DNA of 64,000 nt from an uncultured Desulfosarcina sp. Lineage in GTDB: Bacteria > Desulfobacterota > Desulfobacteria > Desulfobacterales > Desulfosarcinaceae. Position 1 is the stretch's first letter. Each line of letters starts with the position of its first letter. The notes under the pieces were generated by a model that was not told where the DNA came from, searched no databases, and was given only the letters and a program-made list of their open reading frames with translations. Positions 47,904 through 56,420 of this stretch are shown here, one piece after another. The stretch lies in assembly GCA_963674945.2 (NCBI GenBank), contig CAXXWQ010000004.1, forward strand, positions 2,912,001-2,976,000, given 5' to 3'. Made by a program: the position numbers and the translations under genes.

Positions 47904-48111
47904 ACCATAGAGAGCACAGAGAAAACCCAAGGGAAATAACAATGTCCAAATCACAAATTCCAAACAAATTACAATACCCAATTTTTGAAATTCCAAACGA
48001 CAAAACCGAGAAAAATAGGGGTTGTGCATCGAGCGTTGGTATCGTTTGATATTTGATCATTGGAATTTATTTGTAATTTGATGCTTGGGATTTGTAATTT
48101 TAATTCTGTGG
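47904..48111. repeat. Inverted array of 7-bp-period repeats nested inside CACAGA-type arms
   Basis: Left arm CAATGTC CAAATCA CAAATTC CAAA CAAATTA CAATACC; right-arm reverse complement CAAATCC CAAGCAT CAAATTA CAAA TAAATTC CAATGAT; outer CCATAGAGAGCACAGAG ... TTCTGTGG. Confidence 0.75.
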
Positions 48112-48139
48112 TTGGTCTTCTGCCATAGGTGAAGTCAAC

Positions 48140-49906
48140 GTGGTAAAAACGAGAAAAACACGTACCAATACGATGACCGCGGTCAGAAGTTTGATGATGG
48201 TGTTGTTGGTTCTGGCCTGCGCATCGGAAGCGGCACAGGCCGCAACCGTTCGTGCCCTGGTGGACCGTGACCGCGTCATGGTGGGGGAATCCATCTCCCT
48301 GCAGGTGATCATCGACGGGGGCGACGGCGAGGTGGATCTGTCCGGGCTCACCGATTTCAAGACCATTTCCAGGGGAACCAGCAGCAGTTTCCAGATGATC
48401 AACGGCCGTACGTCGCGGCAGTTGACCCATAATTACGTCATCATTCCCACAAAGACCGGCGAATTGACCATTTCGGCGATTTCCGTGACCATTGACGGCA
48501 AGGTTTCCTACACGCGCCCCATCCGCGTTTTTGTCACCGAGCAGCCACCGGCGGACAGCGGCCGGCGCGATGTCTATGTAACCGCCGAGGTCTCCGAAAC
48601 ATCGCCATGGCGCGGCCAGCAGTTCGTGTACACGTTTCGACTCTTCAACAGTGTGCAGGTAGCCGATGCCAAGTTCCAAGCCCCTGAATTTACAGGCTTC
48701 AACGCCGAGCAGTTGGAAGATCAGAAGACCTATCGAAAGGTCATCAACGGCCGGGAGTTCATGGTCAGCGAGGTGGTCATTGTTCTGGTTCCCGTCAAAT
48801 CAGGCGTGCTCACCATCGAACCGGCAGTCCTCCAGGTGGGCGTCGTGCAACGAGGCCGCCAGCCAGGTCCGTTTTCCGGCATGGACGCCTTCTTCGGGCG
48901 AAGGGAGACCACCACCCGCATTCTCGAAACCAAGCCCATTGAGATCCGGGTCCGGGACCTGCCGCCACCGCCTGGCGGAACGGCATTCTCCGGCCTGGTG
49001 GGCCGGTTCGAACTCACCGCGACCCTGGACAATGCGGCCATTCAAGAGGCCGATTCAGCCACGCTGACGGTCACCATCCAGGGGCGGGGCAACATCATGG
49101 ATGCCACGGCACCGGTCATCCCCTCCCCCCAGTCCTTCAAGACCTATGCGGATAACCCGGAGGAGGAGATCCAATTGGGGCGTAAGGGGTACTCGGGCAG
49201 GAAGATCTTTCGTACCGCCCTGGTGCCGGTAACCGCCGGCCAGTTTACCATCGACCCCATCTTTCTAACCTACTTCGACGTGGAGACGGCGGAATATCGC
49301 ACCCTGACCACCGAAGCCCTGGCCATCCATGTCTCCCCTTCGGACAAGGATGTGACCGACGCCGAGGTGTTCCGTGCCGCCCCCACGCCATCCTTGAACC
49401 TGAAGAAAAGCGTGGAGTTTACCGGCCGGGATATCCTGCCCCTCAAAACGGATCTGGCGGCCATCGAGTCTATTCACACCATGAGACCACTGTGGTTCGC
49501 CTTGCTCATGGCTCTGCCGGTCTTGATCTTTGCCGCAGCCATGGTGTTGACGAAGTTTTCCAGAAAGGACGACAGACCGGAAAAAATCATGGGTGACCGG
49601 GCGAAACAGGCATTGAAGGCGGCTACGGGATCCGGTGCGACGGACGGCGACTTTCTCTCGGCCCTTCACAGGGCACTTGTTTCGGCCATCTGCAGCCGGC
49701 AGGGTGCCATGGGAGCCTCTTTGACCTGGGCCGAAGCCAGGGACCGGCTTTCCGATCTGGGGTGGCGTGAAGAGGATGCCGCCGACACGGCAAGGCTTCT
49801 GGAAACGATCGAATCTTTCAACTACTCCGGAGAAACGCTGGACGAGAACAAGCGGGCGGATCTCCTGGACCGGACCCGCAGGGCGGTCCGGCAGCTGATC
49901 CGATGA
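48140..49906 (+). CDS. BatD family protein
   Basis: Signal peptide, SSFQMING, GLVGRF, IQGRGN, YFD, C-terminal TM. Confidence 0.88.
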   Translation: MVKTRKTRTNTMTAVRSLMMVLLVLACASEAAQAATVRALVDRDRVMVGESISLQVIIDGGDGEVDLSGLTDFKTISRGTSSSFQMINGRTSRQLTHNYVIIPTKTGELTISAISVTIDGKVSYTRPIRVFVTEQPPADSGRRDVYVTAEVSETSPWRGQQFVYTFRLFNSVQVADAKFQAPEFTGFNAEQLEDQKTYRKVINGREFMVSEVVIVLVPVKSGVLTIEPAVLQVGVVQRGRQPGPFSGMDAFFGRRETTTRILETKPIEIRVRDLPPPPGGTAFSGLVGRFELTATLDNAAIQEADSATLTVTIQGRGNIMDATAPVIPSPQSFKTYADNPEEEIQLGRKGYSGRKIFRTALVPVTAGQFTIDPIFLTYFDVETAEYRTLTTEALAIHVSPSDKDVTDAEVFRAAPTPSLNLKKSVEFTGRDILPLKTDLAAIESIHTMRPLWFALLMALPVLIFAAAMVLTKFSRKDDRPEKIMGDRAKQALKAATGSGATDGDFLSALHRALVSAICSRQGAMGASLTWAEARDRLSDLGWREEDAADTARLLETIESFNYSGETLDENKRADLLDRTRRAVRQLIR

Positions 49907-50685
49907 ATCGAAAAGACATGGCAAATGTGACGAAATGTTGGCTGCGTGTCGTGTGTATGGTGTTGTGGGTGGCCCTGGTCTTCTGCCCGACCGCCCAGGC
50001 ATCCAAGGCGGCACGCACCTTCATGGACGGAACCGAGGCATACGGCAACGGCGACTGGCCGTCGGCCATCGACGCCTTCGAACGCCTGGCCGACCAGGGG
50101 ATCGACAATGGAATGCTCTTTTACAACCTGGGCAACGCCTACCTGAAAAACGACGACCTGGGCCATGCCCTTCTCTGGTATGAACGGGCGAAAAATCTCA
50201 TTCCCGACGATCCCGATCTTCGCTTCAACTACGAATACGCCCTGACGCTCCTCAAGGACGAACAGGGAGAAATCACATCCCCACTGCTTCGCATTCTCTT
50301 CTTCTGGAAGTATCAGATGAGTCCTTCCTCCGTTCTCTGGGTGGCCATTGTCCTCAACGCCGCCCTCTGGATCGCCCTGTCCGTTCTGGCGATCCGCAAA
50401 AAACATCTTCTTCGACCCAGCATCGTGCTCCTTGCCGCCGGAACCCTCCTGTTTACCGCCACGGCACTGTATAACGGGTATGAGGCCGCAAGAATTCACC
50501 ACGCCGTCATTCTGCCAGAAGCGGTGTCCGTCCGTTCCGGTTTCACAGACAGCGCCACCGAACTGTTCGTCCTTCACGCCGGCACCAAGGTCCGCGTCCA
50601 GCGCGAATCGGAACGCCACATCATGATCCGTTATACCAAGGACAAGATCGGGTGGGTGAAGCGGGGTGAAATCGGGGTGATTTGA
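49903..50685 (+). CDS. BatE-like TPR/SH3 protein
   Basis: FYNLGNAYLK, YERA, LFVLHAGTKV, GWV. Confidence 0.88.
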   Translation: MNRKDMANVTKCWLRVVCMVLWVALVFCPTAQASKAARTFMDGTEAYGNGDWPSAIDAFERLADQGIDNGMLFYNLGNAYLKNDDLGHALLWYERAKNLIPDDPDLRFNYEYALTLLKDEQGEITSPLLRILFFWKYQMSPSSVLWVAIVLNAALWIALSVLAIRKKHLLRPSIVLLAAGTLLFTATALYNGYEAARIHHAVILPEAVSVRSGFTDSATELFVLHAGTKVRVQRESERHIMIRYTKDKIGWVKRGEIGVI

Positions 50686-50838
50686 CGTAGACGGCCAAGT
50701 CCCAAACGCCCCCATTCCATCGTAACGGAAGTCCGAGATGACAAGAAGCCCCTCAACCGCCGATTGTCAGTCAATTTTATCATCCCATGATCTTCCCCCT
50801 CACCAGCTTATGCTAAGTGCAAATAACTTTTTATTTCA

Positions 50839-50868
50839 TTGACATAACGGTCATTCGTCGCTTAAACG
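50839..50868 (+). promoter_or_regulatory. Candidate promoter facing the accessory cassette region
   Basis: TTGACA-N18-TAAACG in an AT-rich intergenic region. Confidence 0.3.
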
Positions 50869-51093
50869 AAACAAATGGCGAAAATGTAATTCCATTCCGC
50901 CGTTATCGCGCCATGCACGTTTGTTTACACACTACGAGATCTAAAATAATTATTGAATTGTTATCGGACGATTTAGACCAATAACAATCGAAATTAAGGG
51001 TGTTATTGGCCTGATGAGACCAAAGAATATCATTAGGCGTCCATCTATACGTTAAATAATACGTCTATCGGGCCGTCGAAACGTTACTAGGTT

Positions 51094-53549
51094 CAGGAAA
51101 CTTGATTTCCTAATTGTTGCATATGGCAAGCAAAACATAATGTAAGTGGTTGAAAAACAGAAAGATAGGAGTCTGAATCCAGCAGGCCGGTAAGGTATTG
51201 CAACCGGAAAATGAACATGGCACCTTTAACCTTATTATCTTGGCGGATAAATGAAAGGAAAAGGATGCCATGCCTCAACAGATACTACCACTTATTCCTC
51301 GCGGTGCAAGACAAATCAACGGGCTTGTCAGTGTATTTCGTGACGATACGACCTGGACCTATTTTCTATCGACCGTTCCGATTTATTCTCACAGACAAGG
51401 CGATCAACGAATGTTTCGGATGATAACAGCCCAACTGGTTGAATCCGGAGCTTGCCGCCAGATCGATATCCAAAACACATTCGGCGTATCCAAGAGCAAT
51501 GTCATCCGATCCGTGAACAAACTCAGGTCCGGCGGCGCCGAGGCATTTTTCGTTCAGCGGCGGGGACGACGCGGCGGCAAGGTTTTCAAACCTGAGGTGC
51601 TTGAACAAGCCCAACGTTTACTGGATCAAGGGTGCTCGAAAAAAGATGCCGCCCTGGAACTTGGCATTAAATACGATACGTTTCGCAAAGCTATAGATGA
51701 TGGTCGGTTAATCGAATCAAGGATTGGTGAACCGTGTCTAACCAAATCAGATCGGGACATGGTCGACATGGCTGCTGCCGATGGTATGGGGACGGCTTGC
51801 AACCGAGTCGGGGAACGCATATTGGCATCATTGGGCAAAATGGTTGGTGCGCCGGTTCGTTTTGACAGATGCCTGGACGTTCCCAAAGCAGGCGTTCTTT
51901 GTGCGATACCGTCATTGGTGGCAAACGGGTTGTTTACCGGCGCAAAACAGTTCCTCGGCCAAGTCAAAGGCTATTACACGATCTTTCATGTCTTGTTGCT
52001 GCTTTCGTTTATGGCCTTATGCAGGATCAAGACGACAGAAAAAATACGAGGCCATGCTCCGGGAGAATTTGGTAAGTTATTGGGCTTGGATCGTGCACCG
52101 GAGGTTCGCTGTTTGCGTTACAAGATGGATGCGTTGAGCGCAGACCACGGCGCGGAAAAGTGGGCCGCATACCTCGGTAAATACTGGATGGAACAGGCGC
52201 CCGAATCGGTTGGCGCGCTTTATGTTGACGGGCATGTACGTGTTTATCATGGAAAATTGACCCGACTACCGCGCCGCTACGTGTCCCGGGAACGATTGTG
52301 CATGAGGGGCATTACCGACTATTGGGTTAACGATGCGATTGGCCGACCTTTTTTTGTCGTCGAAAAGCAGATCGATCCTGGATTATTGGCGGTTTTAAGA
52401 GACGATATCGTTCCCCGGTTGTTGCAAGACGTTCCGAATCAACCCGGTTTGCAGCAACTACAAGAGAACCCATGTTTATGCCGGTTCGTTCTTGTTTTCG
52501 ACAGGGAAGGATATAGTCCCGCATTCTTCAAGGAAATGTGGGATCGCCATCGAATCGGCTGCATGACGTATCATAAGCATCCTGGTGAATCATGGCCGGA
52601 GCATTGGTTCACCGAGTATGAAGTTGCGATGCCAAACAAAGAGGTGGTGAAGATGCGGCTTTGCGAAATGGGTAGTTTGGTGGGATCTGGTAAGGGTGCA
52701 ACATGGATGCGACAAGTGCGAAAACTGACCGATTCCGGACACCAGACCAGCGTAATCAGCACCGCTTTCGATTTGCCGCATACTCAATTGGCAGCACGCA
52801 TGTTCAGCCGGTGGTGTCAGGAAAACTTTTTCAACTATATGATGCAACATTTTGATATCGATGTGCTTTTAGATTATGGTGTCGTTGAATTTCCTGATAC
52901 CGAACGGGTAATCAACCCCGTTTGGCGGCAATTGAATCAATCCCGTAATTCGTTGCAGAACAAGCTACGATATCGTCGTGCCTGTTTTGCCGAGATGACC
53001 ATTCACCCTGAAAATGAAGACAAACCGGTAAAGTTTAAGAAGTGGATAGAGAAAAAGGCCGAGCTGTTAGAAGAAATCGAAAAGATGGAGTATCAACTCA
53101 GCGAGTTGAAAGAAAAACGAAAACAGACAAGTAAACACATCACGTGGGGAGAACTTGAAGCAAAAGATAAATTTTTACGTTTACAACCGGGCAGAAAACG
53201 CCTGATGGACACGGTTCGTATGATTGCATATCGTGCAGAGACGGCAATGGTTGGGTTGCTCACGGGTCCGACGGTAAACTCGTCGGATGCACGGAGTCTT
53301 CTCCAGACACTGTTCCAGACCGAAGGCGATGTACTGCCCGATATTGAAAATCAGCAATTGAATATACGATTGCACGGCGCTTCGTTCCCAGCGGCCAATC
53401 GGGCTCTTTGCCAACTGTTTGCGCATCTGAACAGTGCGCAGGTAAAATACCCCGGTACCGAGCTGCAAATGATATTCGAACTAAATGGCTGCAGCACCTC
53501 AAATCATGCCGGAGGTGTCACATAGTTTTCCCGGAGATGCAGTGTTCTG
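51094..53549 (+). mobile_element. Complete insertion sequence (2456 bp) with CAG...CTG termini and a 5-bp TSD AGGTT
   Basis: IRL CAGGAAACTTGATTTCC versus IRR(rc) CAGAACACTGCATCTCC (12/17 identical); AGGTT at 51089-51093 and 53550-53554. Confidence 0.85.
51270..53525 (+). CDS. Large DDE transposase (751 aa)
   Basis: Two N-terminal HTH-like segments; YVDGH, VFDREG and SRWCQENFF (IS4-superfamily-like R-W-x-x-E); lies inside the IRs. Confidence 0.85.
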   Translation: MPQQILPLIPRGARQINGLVSVFRDDTTWTYFLSTVPIYSHRQGDQRMFRMITAQLVESGACRQIDIQNTFGVSKSNVIRSVNKLRSGGAEAFFVQRRGRRGGKVFKPEVLEQAQRLLDQGCSKKDAALELGIKYDTFRKAIDDGRLIESRIGEPCLTKSDRDMVDMAAADGMGTACNRVGERILASLGKMVGAPVRFDRCLDVPKAGVLCAIPSLVANGLFTGAKQFLGQVKGYYTIFHVLLLLSFMALCRIKTTEKIRGHAPGEFGKLLGLDRAPEVRCLRYKMDALSADHGAEKWAAYLGKYWMEQAPESVGALYVDGHVRVYHGKLTRLPRRYVSRERLCMRGITDYWVNDAIGRPFFVVEKQIDPGLLAVLRDDIVPRLLQDVPNQPGLQQLQENPCLCRFVLVFDREGYSPAFFKEMWDRHRIGCMTYHKHPGESWPEHWFTEYEVAMPNKEVVKMRLCEMGSLVGSGKGATWMRQVRKLTDSGHQTSVISTAFDLPHTQLAARMFSRWCQENFFNYMMQHFDIDVLLDYGVVEFPDTERVINPVWRQLNQSRNSLQNKLRYRRACFAEMTIHPENEDKPVKFKKWIEKKAELLEEIEKMEYQLSELKEKRKQTSKHITWGELEAKDKFLRLQPGRKRLMDTVRMIAYRAETAMVGLLTGPTVNSSDARSLLQTLFQTEGDVLPDIENQQLNIRLHGASFPAANRALCQLFAHLNSAQVKYPGTELQMIFELNGCSTSNHAGGVT

Positions 53550-53653
53550 AGGTTAGAGCGACCCAGGAAGAGGTCTGAAGTGGCAAGCACGCCACTACCT
53601 ATCGTGAAGGTACTGTGCAATCACAGTGACAACGCGGTCATCGGGGGGGTGTT

Positions 53654-54379
53654 ATGGATGGAAAATCAGCTGTTTGGCGGATGGGTTTATGGTCGGCGGT
53701 GTTCGCATCCATCTTTAGCATCGCCTACGACATCATGCAGATCGGCGAGTGGGTCGGTTTGATGGGATCGGGGGGCGGCCCCGAGAACGACAGCACATGG
53801 TACGGGCTTGTCGTCCTACTCGTCCCGTCACTGTTTCTCGGTATCTCCTTCGTGATCCTGATGGGTAGCGTTCATCGTCAGACGCCGACCGAGAGAAAGA
53901 TCTGGAGTCAAACCGGACTCACGTTCGCGATCATGTACGGCACCCTGATCTGCATGAACTACTACGTGCAGCTTACTCTCGTCGCTCCCGCCCTGTATAG
54001 AGGGGATGTGCCCGAGCATGTGAGACCATTCCTCTTCCACGTCTTCAACTCGTTTATCTACTCTGTAGACCTCCTCGGATACAGCTTCATGAGTCTATCG
54101 ACGCTCTTTGCCGCGTTCGCATTCACCGGACCTGGGGTGGAGAAGGTGGTTCGTTGGTTCCTGATCGCGAACGGTGTCATCGTCCCCTTCGTCGCCCTGC
54201 AAACCTTCTACCACCCAATGATCTGGGGCGCTACGCTGTGGGCGGTCACGCTGCCAGGCTCAACGATTTCCCTCGCTGTGCTGTTCAGAAGGAAGCTCCA
54301 AGCATTGAGAATGAGCCAGGCAGAGCCAGTTGCGTCGATTACCGCAGGCGTTGGGGAGCCAAGAGCAATGGAACTGTAG
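53654..54379 (+). CDS. Multi-pass membrane protein, probable gene cassette
   Basis: About 6-7 hydrophobic segments; stop codon immediately followed by an attC-like site. Confidence 0.8.
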   Translation: MDGKSAVWRMGLWSAVFASIFSIAYDIMQIGEWVGLMGSGGGPENDSTWYGLVVLLVPSLFLGISFVILMGSVHRQTPTERKIWSQTGLTFAIMYGTLICMNYYVQLTLVAPALYRGDVPEHVRPFLFHVFNSFIYSVDLLGYSFMSLSTLFAAFAFTGPGVEKVVRWFLIANGVIVPFVALQTFYHPMIWGATLWAVTLPGSTISLAVLFRRKLQALRMSQAEPVASITAGVGEPRAMEL

Positions 54380-54381
54380 CA

Positions 54382-54444
54382 CCCCAACCCATTGATCGTA
54401 AGGACACGCAAAACTACCGCGCGCCTCACAGCAATGCGTTGGGT
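54382..54444 (+). other. attC-like recombination site
   Basis: CCCCAAC ... GTTGGGT ends with imperfect internal palindrome (CATTG/CAATG, GTAAGG/CCTCAC); 63 bp; 2 bp after a stop codon. Confidence 0.65.
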
Positions 54445-54491
54445 GAGCAAAGGTTTCAGATAGCGTGGAAATAGAATAGGAGTCACTAATC

Positions 54492-54859
54492 ATGCAGAAT
54501 AATCTTGATATTGCAAAGAGATATTGAAATCAGGTGAAGTAAGCCGATTTCATAAAGTCGCCTCAGATGAAATTTGGAATTTGTATCAAGGTTTCGGAGT
54601 CAATCTTTTTACTTGGGATGGATCTGAAACGCCTCCTCGTTGCACAACATTGTCGGCAAGTGACAACTGTTTTTGCCATGTTGTCCCTGCGGGTATATGG
54701 CAAGCAGCGGAACCAATTTCAGAAGACGTCTTGGTTGGATGTTCAGTTGCGCCCGGTTTTGAATTTTCAGATTTCCAATTACTTGATCCAATCTCAATGG
54801 AAGCGGAACAGTTACTATCTGTCGCCCCTGAGATGGAAAAATATATTCCTTTAACCTAA
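54492..54859 (+). pseudogene. Cupin_5 (DUF985)-family gene with an N-terminal deletion and frameshift
   Basis: RBS AGGAG plus ATG 54492 gives MQNNLDIAKRY*; a second frame has SRFHKVASDEIW...VPAGIWQAA...VGCSVAPGFEFSDF; the family HPEGG segment is missing. Confidence 0.7.
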
Positions 54860-54917
54860 ATAACGACGCTTTTTCGGCGGATCATAAAAGCGCACCCGCA
54901 AAAATGCGTCGTCAGTA
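54858..54917 (+). other. Degenerate attC-like site
   Basis: TAAC-GACGCTTTTTCGGCGG...CCGCAAAAATGCGTC-GTCAGTA hairpin at the cupin stop; R' is GTC rather than GTT. Confidence 0.5.
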
Positions 54918-54945
54918 TCAACGGTTCTTACACATAGGAATTTCT

Positions 54946-55065
54946 ATGGATAATCATCACATAAGCCAATCATTTTCATCCCTTTCAGCACCTCTCATAT
55001 CCGATGCTTGTCTGCGTATAGAAACATCTCTCAGAGTAGCCCCGGCAGGGATCTCTCCTCTGAGG
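54946..55065 (+). pseudogene. Truncated N-terminus resembling RraA/HMG-aldolase family
   Basis: RBS AGGA plus MDNHHISQSFSSLSAPLISDACLRIETSLRVAPAGISPL, after which the similarity is lost. Confidence 0.4.
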
Positions 55066-55194
55066 AAAATAAAGTCACCCAAACGTATCCTGAACATCGA
55101 TTTAACCCCCTACTTTCATAGGCACTACGCTGAATTTCATTCAGTCTGTATACAGCTGATATGTTGTCGTTTTCCCGTTTTTGTGTAACTACGG

Positions 55195-55468
55195 CTGTCT
55201 TAATCATGGACAATGCCTCATGGCATAAGCGTAAATCTACCAAATGGCATAGCTGGCAGCCGAAGTATTTGCCACCATATTCACCGAACTTAAATCCGAC
55301 TGAACGCATCTGGAATATCATGAAAGCCCGTTGGTTTAATAACCATGCATGCAAAAATGAAGAAAAACTATTAGAACGTTTGAACCATAATGTTCTACAT
55401 GTAATTGACAATCCGAAAGATACACAAAAAACTACCACTATCGGAACGTTATTTTGACAAACGCTCTA
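55195..55468 (+). mobile_element. IS630-family remnant (3' part of transposase plus right end)
   Basis: LIMDNASWHK...LPPYSPNLNPTERIW; end ...TTTGACAAACGCTCTA with terminal TA. Confidence 0.8.
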
Positions 55469-55482
55469 ACATCTCTTTTTCC

Positions 55483-55509
55483 TCAAGCCATTGAAGATCC
55501 TACCGATAA
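55483..55509 (+). promoter_or_regulatory. Sigma28-type promoter upstream of the lipoprotein gene
   Basis: TCAA-N15-ACCGATAA. Confidence 0.45.
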
Positions 55510-55579
55510 TATGAGTAAACGATCCATCATTTATCCTCTCAACAAGGGACAACAGCATAAATAGGAAAAGGAGTGAGGA

Positions 55580-55941
55580 GTGAAAACGGCATACAGACTT
55601 CCTGTCTTTTTTGTAATCGTCATAGTAACAGCTTTGTTCTCAGGATGTTTCGGCCCGGATATGGACACCCCGATGAAGGCGTCGACTCTCGATGAATACT
55701 GCGACAGCATGTTAAAGATCGGAAAGGCGCTGAGCCCCGAAGACCAACAACGGTTTTATGAGGCCCTGGACAAAGTGGCCATCGGTCCGGAATTAAGATG
55801 GGATTCATCCAATTTTCTTCCAACCCGAAAGAACTGCTAGAAAAAATGAAGACGCTTTCCCGAAAATGTGACGGTAAATCGCCAAATTTGATCATCCAGA
55901 TGGCCGAACTAATGGAGGAAGAGAGCCTCGAAACGGAATAA
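55580..55941 (+). pseudogene. Frameshifted lipoprotein (DUF6694-like)
   Basis: Strong RBS, lipobox FSGC; the frame ends at 55840 and another frame continues KELLEKMKTLSRKCDGKSPNLIIQMAE...*. Confidence 0.5.
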
Positions 55942-56420
55942 AAACTTGAATCGTGAAGAAGAGAAGTTTTCACAATTTAAGGTTTGACCCCAAAAATCAT
56001 CGCACCTTATAAAGGGTCCGGGGTGCAATCCATTTTTCGGGTAATCAACAGGGGTCTTTTCCAAATTTACGAACAGGACCATTTCGCCAATCCTGGTTTT
56101 CCTCCCTAAGATCCAAGGCTACCGAACGACACCGTTGGATGTTCATTGAAGCAGGATTCCAAAAAGTGTATTGATGAACTGCCTTTACACACTGACCGGC
56201 GTGTCGATCAGATTCCATATCGTTTCCGTGAAGTGGTGCCACCACCGATTGGCCCCCCCATGGTGATGGAACGAAATCGATGATGGTTGCCGATACTTTC
56301 TTTATACCGAAATTTCGCTTTCGAACAGTAGAACAAGCCCGGCAATTGACGAACCGGTCCCTACAGGATATCAATAGATGTTTTTGAGATGCATTACCTC
56401 ACAGCATTCGGATTGTCGAT

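Noticed and set aside
53552..55470. 9-bp inverted match GTTAGAGCG / CGCTCTAAC suggesting an IS630-bounded composite element
   Set aside because: Similarity stops after 9 bp and the left side lacks the rest of the IS630 IR (TTTGTCAAAAT); probably chance.
55975..56400. Intergenic stretch with GGTTTGACCCC and a 109-aa minus-strand ORF
   Set aside because: No recognisable protein motif, RBS or clear repeat partner.
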